From: Patescibacteria group bacterium | Lineage (GTDB): Bacteria > Patescibacteriota > Minisyncoccia > Phycocordibacterales > DATDWN01 | Direction: 5' to 3' | Assembly: GCA_040384485.1 (NCBI GenBank) | Contig: JAZKJH010000002.1 | Span: 150,235-214,234, forward strand | DNA: 64,000 nt | In this document: one piece after another, positions 1 to 9,030 of the stretch | Numbering within the stretch: position 1 is the stretch's first letter | How the letters are laid out: each line of letters begins with the position of its first letter | The notes under the pieces: model-generated | What the model was told of the DNA's origin: nothing | Databases searched by the model: none | The model's input: the letters and a program-made list of their open reading frames with translations, nothing else | Translations under genes and position numbers: made by a program

Positions 1-158
1 AATGCTGTTAAAACCACAACTTCATCAGCAGCAATCTCAGACTGTGCTTGTGTGTCTAAAACTGGGTGGATCTCCGGCTCGGGTTGTTTAGTTGTTACAT
101 AAAAATATCCAGCTACCAATAAAATCAATATCAGGCCGATTATATATAATTTTTTCAT
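1..158 (-). CDS. hypothetical exported/membrane-anchored protein, N-terminal part (runs off window)
   Basis: Manual translation MKKLYIIGLILILLVAGYFYVTTKQPEPEIHP...; TATAAT 7 nt upstream of the ATG. Confidence 0.7.
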   Translation of the reverse strand, partial: MKKLYIIGLILILLVAGYFYVTTKQPEPEIHPVLDTQAQSEIAADEVVVLTA

Positions 159-170
159 AAATATATTATA

Positions 171-218
171 TCAAAAACAAAACCCCTTGTCGGGGCTTCG
201 TTTGTTATCTCTTTGACC
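171..218. repeat. degenerate direct copy of the rpsI 3' end plus terminator (matches 387-437)
   Basis: tcaaaaacaaaaccccttgtcggggcttcgtttgttatctctttgacc vs tcaaaaataacaaaaccccttttcggggttctgtttgttatctttttgacc. Confidence 0.75.
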
Positions 219-374
219 TAGCACGACACAGTCGTTTACTCCTATGTCTACTTGGAAACACCACAAGAGTACTTCCATTTTCTAAAAATGATTACATTTA
301 AGAAAATTTAGTCGCCCACGGTTTTCCCAATCCTTCCTCCACGGAAAAACACCCAGTTTTCCCGACCCCTTTCT

Positions 375-447
375 GCACCACAGTGGTCAAAAATAACAAA
401 ACCCCTTTTCGGGGTTCTGTTTGTTATCTTTTTGACCACTGTGGTGC
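375..447 (-). terminator. extended inverted repeat/terminator overlapping the last codons of rpsI
   Basis: Arms 375-400 (gcaccacagtggtcaaaaataacaaa) and 420-447 are near-perfect reverse complements around an acccc-tttt-cggggtt hairpin. Confidence 0.75.
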
Positions 448-822
448 TTTTCTCGCTTTCTTCAATCCGAACTTTCTTCTTTCTTTAGCTCTTGGATCTC
501 GTTTCAAGTATCCTGCTTTCTTTAGTCCTTTTCTTAGTTCTGCTTCACCTTCTACTAGTGCTCTTGCGATACCGTGTCTCATAGCTTCTGCTTGTGAGTG
601 GATACCACTTCCTACTATTTTTGCTGTGATTTTAAATTTGTCAGAAACTTGAAGTAGAGGTTGCTTTACAATCATTTGCATTTCTTTGATTGGAAAATAT
701 CCGTCCAAATCTTTCTCGTTGATTGTGAAAGTAGTTTTTGCTGCAGGAGTAAGTCTAACTCTAGCTACCGCTGTTTTTCTTCGTCCTACTGCCTCTATGT
801 ATTTTTCTGCTTTTTCTGACAT
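424..822 (-). CDS. rpsI: 30S ribosomal protein S9
   Basis: GRRKTAVARV, RDPRAKERRKFGLKKARKAPQWSKR. Confidence 0.98.
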   Translation of the reverse strand: MSEKAEKYIEAVGRRKTAVARVRLTPAAKTTFTINEKDLDGYFPIKEMQMIVKQPLLQVSDKFKITAKIVGSGIHSQAEAMRHGIARALVEGEAELRKGLKKAGYLKRDPRAKERRKFGLKKARKAPQWSKR

Positions 823-826
823 ATAT

Positions 827-1171
827 TTATTCTGTAATAATTAAATTGTTCAACATTCTACTTCTAAGTTTGTTTTTTGGTAGCATACCGTAGATTGCCT
901 CTTTGAAAATCTCACTGTAACCTTTTTTAGCAATAACTTGCTTCATTGAAGGTTGTTTTAGTCCTCCTGGGTAACCAGAGTATCGGCTGTAAGTCTTTTG
1001 ATCCATTTTTGTGTCAGCAATAAGAGCTTTTGAAGTGTTGATGATCTCAACTGTAACGTTAGGAATAGTATTTCTTGCGTATTCAGGAGTGTTCTTGCCC
1101 ATAAGCAAAACTGTTGCTTCTGTAGCCACTCGTCCAACTCTTTTGTTTGCTGCGTCTAATGTGTATTTCAT
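827..1171 (-). CDS. rplM: 50S ribosomal protein L13 (short form)
   Basis: DAANKRVGRVAT, YSRYSGYPGGLK, GMLPKNKL; lies upstream of rpsI. Confidence 0.95.
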   Translation of the reverse strand: MKYTLDAANKRVGRVATEATVLLMGKNTPEYARNTIPNVTVEIINTSKALIADTKMDQKTYSRYSGYPGGLKQPSMKQVIAKKGYSEIFKEAIYGMLPKNKLRSRMLNNLIITE

Positions 1172-1182
1172 ATAAATTGATA

Positions 1183-1533
1183 TTACTTAACGAACTCGAT
1201 AACTGCCATTGGACTACCATCAGAAAGTCTTTGTGGAAGCTTTGTGATTCTTGTGTATCCACCTTTTCTTGTAGTGTATCTTGGAGAAATAGTTTTTACA
1301 ACCTTCTCTGCTCCCTCAGCTCCTATTTTAGCAATAACAGCTCTTCTACCAGCGAGGGTTCCCTTTAGGCCTTGAGTAACTAGCTTCTCTACGTATGGTC
1401 GTAGAGATTTTGCCTTAGGTTCTGTAGTCTTGATTTTCTCTTCCATAACCAATGCCAAAGCCAAAGACTTCATAAGTCCTTTTCTGACCTTTGTTACTCT
1501 TCCGAATTTTCTGTTTGCTTTGTGATGATTCAT
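1183..1533 (-). CDS. rplQ: 50S ribosomal protein L17
   Basis: IKTTEPKAK, RKGGYTRITKL; follows rpoA. Confidence 0.97.
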   Translation of the reverse strand: MNHHKANRKFGRVTKVRKGLMKSLALALVMEEKIKTTEPKAKSLRPYVEKLVTQGLKGTLAGRRAVIAKIGAEGAEKVVKTISPRYTTRKGGYTRITKLPQRLSDGSPMAVIEFVK

Positions 1534-1557
1534 GTTTTTCTATTCTATAAATACTGA

Positions 1558-2517
1558 CTATTTTAGTGAGATTCCGAAACTACCTAGAACTTCTTTTATC
1601 TCAGAAAGTCCCTTGCCTCCCAATCCCTCTATTTCTAATATATCCTTCTCTTTTTTTCTAGCTAGACCACCTACTGTTCTTATGTTCGCGTTTGCTAGAG
1701 CATTTTGTGTTCTTGCTGACAAGTTTAGAGTTTCGATTCTAGTTTTCAATGCATCTTCGTCTGGAGCTGACTCGCCAGCACTGTGTGTTTTGTCTTCAAA
1801 TGAACCTGCTGTTACAACTTCCTCTTCTTTAAAGCCAATTATAGCTTTTAGCTGACCAATCATTATTTCGATAGATCTCTCTAGAGCTTCTTTTGGAGTA
1901 AGAGTTCCGTCTGTTTCAATAAAGATTTTTAGTCTATTGAAATCTGTTCTATCGCCAACTCGCATGTTCTCTACTTCATAACTAACTCTTCTAACTGGTG
2001 TGAAAATAGCATCTAGAGTGATGTGTCCGATATCTACTCTGTTTTTCTCAATAACTTCTTTTGAAATAAATCCAAGTCCTTTCTCTACAAAGATCTCCAT
2101 ATCAAGTTCTGCATTTTTGTCTGTCAAAGTTGCGATAACCAAGTCTTTGTTCATAACCTCTACTCCTCCAGTAACTTTTATGTCACCAGCAGTTACCTCT
2201 TTTGCCCCCTTAACTTTTAGAGTTAGTGTCTGAGTTTCATCTCCAACTATAGAAAATCTGATTTTCTTTAGGTTTAGAAGTATTGTAACTGCATCCTCTT
2301 TAACTCCAGGCATAACTGAAAACTCGTGAGAAACACCAGCTATCTTTACAGATGTTACTGCTGCTCCAGGTAGAGATGAAAGAATGATTCTTCTAAGCGA
2401 GTTACCTAGAGTATGACCGTAACCAGGATAAAGACCGTCAATCTCGTATGTTCCACTAAATTGAGCTTCTGATACAATTTTTGGTTTTGATGGCAATACG
2501 ATTGTATGGTCAGACAT
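1558..2517 (-). CDS. rpoA: RNA polymerase alpha subunit
   Basis: GYGHTLGNSLRRIILSSLPGAA, DAIFTPVRRV, alpha-CTD LSARTQNAL. Confidence 0.98.
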   Translation of the reverse strand: MSDHTIVLPSKPKIVSEAQFSGTYEIDGLYPGYGHTLGNSLRRIILSSLPGAAVTSVKIAGVSHEFSVMPGVKEDAVTILLNLKKIRFSIVGDETQTLTLKVKGAKEVTAGDIKVTGGVEVMNKDLVIATLTDKNAELDMEIFVEKGLGFISKEVIEKNRVDIGHITLDAIFTPVRRVSYEVENMRVGDRTDFNRLKIFIETDGTLTPKEALERSIEIMIGQLKAIIGFKEEEVVTAGSFEDKTHSAGESAPDEDALKTRIETLNLSARTQNALANANIRTVGGLARKKEKDILEIEGLGGKGLSEIKEVLGSFGISLK

Positions 2518-2591
2518 AGTTATTTTTGTTAGTTATTATATATAAAATAAGGCTTATAAATTCTACACTATTTTCATCCTTAAAGCAAGTT

Positions 2592-3200
2592 TTATCTACT
2601 GTAGAACTCGATAACTGCGTTAAGATCGAACATGTTCTCAGTTTTTACATGAACTGGCATTCCCTGAACCTCTGCTGTCTTGCTTGCTGCATCGATTTTC
2701 AGCCATGATGGCATTGCCGCATTTTTGATTTTTTCGTCAATAGTTGCAAACAAAGGTTTCTTTAGAGATCTTTCTGCAATAGTTAGTTTGTCCCCTATTT
2801 TAAGTCTTCTACTTGGAGTGTTTACTCTTCTGCCGTTTACAGAAATGTGACCATGAGACACCATTTGTCTTGCACCTGATCTAGTTGGAGAAAAACCTAG
2901 TCTGTAGATAGCGTTATCAAGTCTGAGTTCTAGGAATTGGAAAATAGTTTCTGGGGTGTTGATTGCCTTTTTAAGTAGCGCTTCTTTAACGTAGCCTGAA
3001 AACTGCTTCTCACTAATACCGTATGAAAATCTAGCTTTCTGCTTCTCATTCATCTGCAGACCGAACTCAGATTTTGGTTTAGAAAATTTCTTAGATTTAC
3101 CTCTTCTTTCTAGGTGAAGAGCATACTTTTGAGTTTGAGTTTTCTCAAATATTGGTGCCCCAAGGCGTCGTGCTATTTTGTATTTTGGTCCTATTATCAT
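2592..3200 (-). CDS. rpsD: 30S ribosomal protein S4
   Basis: GPKYKIARRLG, LELRLDNAIYRLGF, ARQMVSHGH, IEFYSR. Confidence 0.98.
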   Translation of the reverse strand: MIIGPKYKIARRLGAPIFEKTQTQKYALHLERRGKSKKFSKPKSEFGLQMNEKQKARFSYGISEKQFSGYVKEALLKKAINTPETIFQFLELRLDNAIYRLGFSPTRSGARQMVSHGHISVNGRRVNTPSRRLKIGDKLTIAERSLKKPLFATIDEKIKNAAMPSWLKIDAASKTAEVQGMPVHVKTENMFDLNAVIEFYSR

Positions 3201-3221
3201 AAATATATTTAAAATTGAAAA

Positions 3222-3650
3222 TTATACTCTTCTTGGTTTCTTTGGTTTTGGTCCGTTGTGAGGAACTGGAGTAACATCCTTGATACTTGTGATACTAATA
3301 CCTTTACCAATAAAACCTCTGATTCCTGACTCTCGCCCAGATCCAACTCCTTTTACAACTACAGAAGCCTCTTTCATTCCCATAGCACTTGCCTTTGCTC
3401 CTATTATTTCACCAACTTTAGCAGCTGCGAAAGGAGTACCTTTTTTTGCACCCTTGAAGCCAGTAGCTCCTGAGGAAGAAGTAGCAAGTACGTTACCTTT
3501 TGCGTCTGTAAGAACTATCTTTGTGTTGTTGTATGTTGATTGGATATTCAAAATACCTACTTCAACTTTTCTTTTTGATACAGCAGAAACAGCAGAAGAC
3601 TTCTTGTCCCCATTCCCATCTTTTGTTGTTACGATTCTTTTTTTGCCCAT
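3222..3650 (-). CDS. rpsK: 30S ribosomal protein S11
   Basis: STYNNT, KGTPFAA, DVTPVPHNG. Confidence 0.98.
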   Translation of the reverse strand: MGKKRIVTTKDGNGDKKSSAVSAVSKRKVEVGILNIQSTYNNTKIVLTDAKGNVLATSSSGATGFKGAKKGTPFAAAKVGEIIGAKASAMGMKEASVVVKGVGSGRESGIRGFIGKGISITSIKDVTPVPHNGPKPKKPRRV

Positions 3651-3676
3651 GATAGTTTAAATGATGTTTACGCTAA

Positions 3677-4054
3677 TTATTTCTTGTCTGCTGATTTTCT
3701 TCCGGTACCCATAGTTTTCTTCGCTCCTCGTTTTGTTCTCGCGTTAGTTTTTGTTCTTTGTCCTCTAACTGGAAGGTTTCTTGAGTGTCTAGTTCCTCGG
3801 TAAGTTTTGATATCTTTAAGTCTCTTTATGTTACCGGCAATTTCTCTTTTCAAATCTCCTTCTATTTTGAACTCCTCAACAGCCTTTCTAATAGCGTTTT
3901 CTTGCTCAACAGTGATCTCTTTAGGTTTCAGACTTACCTGTACTTTCGCTTTATCAAGAATACTGTGTGCTCTCGCACGGCCTATTCCATATAGGACTGT
4001 AAGTCCTATCTCTATTCTTTTCTCGTCTGGTATTGTGATTCCTAGTATTCTCAT
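3677..4054 (-). CDS. rpsM: 30S ribosomal protein S13
   Basis: YGIGRARA, LPVRGQRTKTNART. Confidence 0.98.
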   Translation of the reverse strand: MRILGITIPDEKRIEIGLTVLYGIGRARAHSILDKAKVQVSLKPKEITVEQENAIRKAVEEFKIEGDLKREIAGNIKRLKDIKTYRGTRHSRNLPVRGQRTKTNARTKRGAKKTMGTGRKSADKK

Positions 4055-4088
4055 TTTTGTATAGTTTATTAAAAGTGCGAACTAATTC

Positions 4089-4205
4089 TTATCCTTGTCT
4101 TTGTTTGTGTCGAACATTTGCCTTACAAGTAACATAAACATAGCCCTTTCTTCGGACTACTTGGCACTGTGAACACATTTTTTTTACTGATGATTTTACT
4201 TTCAT
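4089..4205 (-). CDS. rpmJ: 50S ribosomal protein L36 (absent from ORF track)
   Basis: Manual translation [38 protein letters not shown]; between infA and rpsM. Confidence 0.97.
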   Translation of the reverse strand: MKVKSSVKKMCSQCQVVRRKGYVYVTCKANVRHKQRQG

Positions 4206-4212
4206 TTTAGAT

Positions 4213-4434
4213 TTAAACTCTCTTGGTTATTCGGCCTTTGCCTCCGTATGGGTCAATTTCAACAACAACTTTATCCCCGACCAGAACTCGTATTCTGTGC
4301 AGTCTCATTTTTCCAGAGAGATACGTTAGCATCTCTTCACCATTATCCTCTCTTCTTACTCTAAAAAAAGTGTTTGGCAAAGCCTCTGTAACTTGACCTA
4401 CTATTGCGGTATCTTTTTTGTTTTGATCTTGCAT
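4213..4434 (-). CDS. infA: translation initiation factor IF-1
   Basis: [32 protein letters not shown]. Confidence 0.97.
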   Translation of the reverse strand: MQDQNKKDTAIVGQVTEALPNTFFRVRREDNGEEMLTYLSGKMRLHRIRVLVGDKVVVEIDPYGGKGRITKRV

Positions 4435-4526
4435 TATTTCACACGATAGACGCGCGAATCACCCAAATTTTTAATACAGATAGTATCCTAACAGAATTAG
4501 GGGTGTTTAGTCAACCCTACATCTAC

Positions 4527-5885
4527 CTAGTTTTCCAGTGTATTGACAATCTCGACTTTGTCTGGGTTATTCGGTATAGACCTGCTCCAGAAAGGTTGGG
4601 TTTTTATCCAGGCTTCTTTCATATTTACATATGTTCGCAAAACCTCCTCCGCACTCTGTTTTGAAAGTCCCAAGAGGTCAGTTTTTATCTTGCCTTCGTC
4701 AAATACCCAGACCACATTGGCGTCCCCCTTGATATTAAAAGATATATTATCGGTAGTGTTTGGATCAAAGTTAACTGTGTTAAGAGTAAAGTCCAAAACA
4801 TCAAGGTTAGAGATTTTTACTGAACCCTGTTCTGTATCAGGCAGTATTTTTTGCAAGATAACACCACTAATAGCTGTTCTGTCGAAAATAATAGCACTTA
4901 TGACTCCTCGCTTCTTTAAGACAGCTGATGACGTGCTTCCGCCTCCTGTTTGTGTGACCGGTTCAAATTTGTAGCTAACACTGCTTTGGTATAATACAAA
5001 GTTGTTCGGAATCTGTGACGCAATCTCAGTTGCTAATGCAGCCTGCAACTCTTGCTCCATCTCGGCTCCAGCCTTATCTAGCACTTCTTTTGAAACAGTT
5101 TTCTGTACACCAGAGAAACCTCCCGTCATTGCAGTTTTTGATCGAGCGTATATTTCGGTATATTTAGGTGTGCCTTTAAAGCCGACAATGGTTAAATCTG
5201 AAAGAGGAATGTTGTATTTTTCACCTACTGCATCAGCCTCTACCACCACTTCGGCAGAACCCGAAACAGTTTTTCCGTCTTTTACCTGTCTTGCTGGCAC
5301 AGTAACGGCAGTTTTGGCTCTGTATATCAAACCTCCTGCTGCCTCAAAGCGTGTAGTTGCCACTAGTCTTTGGGCTTCAGCGGTTTTATTGTAAATAACT
5401 ATGGTTCCAGAAGCCTTTGTATCTACTCTTTCTTCTCCAGTTGCTGTAACTGTTCTTTCTATATCTTTGGCTGTACTAACTATCTGGAATCCTAATCCAC
5501 CACTTGCCAGGTTTTTCTCAGCAGAAAGAACCTCATTTAATACTCTAGTTTCCTGTTTCGGAGAAAAGGTTATCTCCGCACTCTTAAAAAATGAGGAAAC
5601 AAAGAAAACAAGTCCGAACAAAAGCGCTCCTAAAAGGATATACCGAGTAAATCTGCTTTTACTTTTTCTGACCGGCTCGTTGTATTCAAAGTTGTTTTTT
5701 GGAACTTCTTTTTTTTCTTCTTTTACAATAGTTATTTTTGGGACAGACTTTCTTACTATATCTTGAGTTTTTGGTTTTGGTTCAGGAGCAGGGGCAGGAG
5801 CCGATTTTTTCGACACCCTAGGTATCTCTACATTTCTTATCGATTTTTTTGGAGGGAGTACATCTTGTACAATATTTTTTTTCAT
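4527..5885 (-). CDS. membrane-anchored protein with possible baseplate J-like domain
   Basis: Lys/Pro-rich N-terminus, one TM, then KASGTIVIYN...TRF...VEADAVGEKYNI...MTGG pattern recalled from baseplate J-like CPR proteins. Confidence 0.55.
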   Translation of the reverse strand: MKKNIVQDVLPPKKSIRNVEIPRVSKKSAPAPAPEPKPKTQDIVRKSVPKITIVKEEKKEVPKNNFEYNEPVRKSKSRFTRYILLGALLFGLVFFVSSFFKSAEITFSPKQETRVLNEVLSAEKNLASGGLGFQIVSTAKDIERTVTATGEERVDTKASGTIVIYNKTAEAQRLVATTRFEAAGGLIYRAKTAVTVPARQVKDGKTVSGSAEVVVEADAVGEKYNIPLSDLTIVGFKGTPKYTEIYARSKTAMTGGFSGVQKTVSKEVLDKAGAEMEQELQAALATEIASQIPNNFVLYQSSVSYKFEPVTQTGGGSTSSAVLKKRGVISAIIFDRTAISGVILQKILPDTEQGSVKISNLDVLDFTLNTVNFDPNTTDNISFNIKGDANVVWVFDEGKIKTDLLGLSKQSAEEVLRTYVNMKEAWIKTQPFWSRSIPNNPDKVEIVNTLEN

Positions 5886-5941
5886 AGAGTTTGTTTGTTG
5901 TTATTTTAGCTCAAAACAATAGGTTTGCAAAGAAATAGTGT

Positions 5942-7153
5942 TTATAACTCTTTTAGTTTTATTTTTTTATCATAAAAAACAGTTTCGATTCCCACAAAAA
6001 TATCTTTTTCTTTGGGATAAGCATCGATGTAAAGATGTTCCAGTGCCTGAGTATCAACCTCTACCAATTTAAGGCCATTTCTCCAGTTCTGCGTTTTATC
6101 TTTTTTCTCCATCGCCAAGAAATTTAAAAATATTTTATTAATGTCTTTTTCTCCGGTGATAAAAATAGTTTTTGGAACTGCACCTTTTGGTGAAAAAGTA
6201 AGAAGTGCATCCTCTAGATATATCGCCCATTCTTTCTCTATGTCCCCAACCACTAAGTCGATAAGCTCTGTAGTAACAGTATCTAGCTTGTAGTCGGTAT
6301 AGAGACGCAGATAAGACTCGGCAATTTCCATACCCACTTCGGCGCGTTTAGCTATCTGACGGACGATATAGCTTCTTCCAATAGGCATTGTTGCAACATC
6401 CTTTATAATGTCTCCACACACAAAAGATATGTGCGTGGTTTCCGAAGTAATATCCATGGTTACAAAGCTTTCTTGAACCAAAAAGGAATCGCGAATAACC
6501 GAAAACAGTACGAGTGGAAAGGAGTGAGCAAGTACGTGCTCTTTTGATATGTGAGTGTGTTTTTGAATAAGTCCTAAAACCTTCTTCTCCACACTCTCCG
6601 GTATTAAGGATAACCAGATATCAGCTTCGAGTGATTTGGTTTTTTTGCCGAGTACGTTGTTTACAGGATAACCGTTCATTCTGGTATTTACCACAGAGCT
6701 TTCAAGAATAATGAGGGAATCTTTGGCATTTTCTGGCAGAGTTTTAAGGGTGTCAGATTTGAACTGGGCAGCTTCAGTATCAGCCAAGTTTTTCAAGGAC
6801 TTACTTGTTACATAAAAAGGTTCTTTTTCCTCTACTTTTAGACTTTTAGACAAAGTGTAAAACCAAGGAGACGAAAAAGTTGCTAGTACTTTGTGGATTT
6901 TTTTATTTTTGGAATTCTGTATTCCCTCTTTTAGGGTGTTCTTTAAAACGATATTGAGTCCTGTCTCCATGCTTTTCAGTAAATTGTTTGGGCCATCCTC
7001 GGATATAGGAAATACGCTTTTTGTGATAAACAAAATTTTTGGCAACTGATTTTTTGAAAACAATACTAGCGAGCTACTAACTAGCCCGCTGCCGATATCG
7101 ATTAAAAGAGCTAACTCCTCTTTATCTTTTTTTATGAAAGACAAAATAGACAT
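5942..7153 (-). CDS. FtsA/PilM-like actin-fold protein (divergent)
   Basis: LLIDIGSG phosphate-1, MDITSETT phosphate-2-like and FITGE motifs. Confidence 0.55.
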   Translation of the reverse strand: MSILSFIKKDKEELALLIDIGSGLVSSSLVLFSKNQLPKILFITKSVFPISEDGPNNLLKSMETGLNIVLKNTLKEGIQNSKNKKIHKVLATFSSPWFYTLSKSLKVEEKEPFYVTSKSLKNLADTEAAQFKSDTLKTLPENAKDSLIILESSVVNTRMNGYPVNNVLGKKTKSLEADIWLSLIPESVEKKVLGLIQKHTHISKEHVLAHSFPLVLFSVIRDSFLVQESFVTMDITSETTHISFVCGDIIKDVATMPIGRSYIVRQIAKRAEVGMEIAESYLRLYTDYKLDTVTTELIDLVVGDIEKEWAIYLEDALLTFSPKGAVPKTIFITGEKDINKIFLNFLAMEKKDKTQNWRNGLKLVEVDTQALEHLYIDAYPKEKDIFVGIETVFYDKKIKLKEL

Positions 7154-7204
7154 GCATATATTATATAGTAGCCGATACTCAGTAGCTAGGGAAAATTTGC
7201 AGCT

Positions 7205-8959
7205 TTATTCCAGTATTGCTTTTATTCTTCGAACTCCAGATGAAACTGCCTCCTCTTTTGAAATTTTAAAGTGACCAAGTGTTCCGATGTTCTCTACGTG
7301 AGGACCACCACAGAATTCCTTTGAGTATGCGGACTCCAAACTATCTCCAATAAAGTATACAGAAACTTCGTCACCATATTTATCACCGAAAAAGTGTAGT
7401 GCTCCTGTATTTACAGCCTCATCTTTTTTCATAACAACTTTTTGCATAGGTAAACCGAGCTGTATTTTCTCGTTCACTATATCCTCTACCTGTTTCTTCT
7501 CTTCATCAGTCATTTTTCTCTCAAAAGCAAAGTCAAAACGTAGTCTTTCTGCTGTTATATTACTACCCTTTTGAGCTACGCTGGTACCTAGCACATCGCG
7601 CAAGGCCTGATGTAACAAGTGTGTAGCAGAATGGTATTTTGTCTCCATTTCCCCAGTACCAGAAAGTCCTCCCTTAAATTTCTGTTCAGCACCAGCTCTG
7701 GAAAGCTCTTGATGCTTTTTGAACTCCTCCTTAAACAATTCTTCATTCAGTACGATACCTTTTTCAGCAGCGAGTTCCTTGGTTAGCTCGAAAGGGAAAC
7801 CGTAAGTTGTGAAGAGCACAAAAGGGTCTTCTCCTTTTTCGAATTGTCGAAAGCCTTCATCTATAGTTTTCTTAAATTTTTCTATTTCCAGATTAATGAC
7901 ATCTAGTATTTGTTTCTCATTGAATGAGTAGGTATCTCTGTATGCTGTGTGCCCAACCACAACTGAAGCCACAGAAATCAAAAGTGCAGTGTCTTTTTGC
8001 ATTTTTCTCATAGAAACAACTGCTCTTCGGATAAGCCTCCTTAAGATATAACCCTTTTCTGTATTGGATGGTAAAACCCCATCAGAAATCATAAACACAG
8101 CAGTTCTTATATGATCACAAACTATTCTTGCCAACCTATCTTCTTTGTTTGAAACTGGTTGAAGTGGTAAAAACAGCGGCAGAAATAAATCTGTTTCAAA
8201 AACATTACTTTTTCCTTGAAGAGTCATCACCACTCTTTCAAAACCAGAACCAGTATCAACATTTTTATTTGCTAGTCTGTCGATTACTCTCCCCTCCTTA
8301 GAAAGGTATTCCATGAAAACATTGTTCCATATTTCAACAACTCTTTGTTCATCATCCGCTTTCAGGTACTCGTCCAAACTCATACCGCTCCGCAGATCTC
8401 CAGTGAGGTCGTAAAACATCTCAGTGTCAGGCCCGCAAGGTCCGTTTGGCCCAGCACTCCACCAATTTTTTTCCTTTGGTCGGAAGTAGATTCTCTCTCC
8501 TGTTACTCCATTCTTCTCGAAAATTTCCTTCCAAATAGAAAACGACTCTTCATCGCGAGGAGCATTTTCATCACCTTCAAAACATGTCACATACAGTCTT
8601 TGAGGATCTAGTCCAAAACCCTCTTCCTTGGAAGTGAGTAGTTGGTAACTCCAGTTTATCGAGTCTTTTTTAAAATAGTCTCCTAGAGACCAATTCCCCA
8701 TCATTTCGAAAAAAGTTAAGTGGGTATTGTCTCCAACCTCTTCCAAATCCCCTGTTCTTACACATTTTTGTATATTAGCCAGTCTCTTGCCCTTTGGATG
8801 CTCCTCACCAAGTAGATAAGGTACTAGTGGTTGCATACCGGCAGTATTAAACAAAACGGAAGGATCATTTTCAGGCACTAAAGAAGCCGAGGGTATGATA
8901 GCGTGCCCTCTGTTTTCGAAAAACGAAAGAAACCTTCTTCTAACTTCTTTTGATTCCAT
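7205..8959 (-). CDS. alaS: alanine--tRNA ligase (C-Ala domain absent)
   Basis: VLFNTAGMQPL, HLTFFEMMGN, DTGSGFER, HSATHLLH, EFCGGPHV. Confidence 0.97.
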   Translation of the reverse strand: MESKEVRRRFLSFFENRGHAIIPSASLVPENDPSVLFNTAGMQPLVPYLLGEEHPKGKRLANIQKCVRTGDLEEVGDNTHLTFFEMMGNWSLGDYFKKDSINWSYQLLTSKEEGFGLDPQRLYVTCFEGDENAPRDEESFSIWKEIFEKNGVTGERIYFRPKEKNWWSAGPNGPCGPDTEMFYDLTGDLRSGMSLDEYLKADDEQRVVEIWNNVFMEYLSKEGRVIDRLANKNVDTGSGFERVVMTLQGKSNVFETDLFLPLFLPLQPVSNKEDRLARIVCDHIRTAVFMISDGVLPSNTEKGYILRRLIRRAVVSMRKMQKDTALLISVASVVVGHTAYRDTYSFNEKQILDVINLEIEKFKKTIDEGFRQFEKGEDPFVLFTTYGFPFELTKELAAEKGIVLNEELFKEEFKKHQELSRAGAEQKFKGGLSGTGEMETKYHSATHLLHQALRDVLGTSVAQKGSNITAERLRFDFAFERKMTDEEKKQVEDIVNEKIQLGLPMQKVVMKKDEAVNTGALHFFGDKYGDEVSVYFIGDSLESAYSKEFCGGPHVENIGTLGHFKISKEEAVSSGVRRIKAILE

Positions 8960-9030
8960 AGTAGGTTTATATTAGCTTAAAAATCTTAAAAATAAAAATT
9001 TGTTTTACGTTAAGCTTTTGAGTAAACTCT

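Noticed and set aside
4527-5885. Prophage or contractile injection system implied by the baseplate-like gene
   Set aside because: No other phage structural, packaging or integrase genes nearby; flanked by housekeeping genes.
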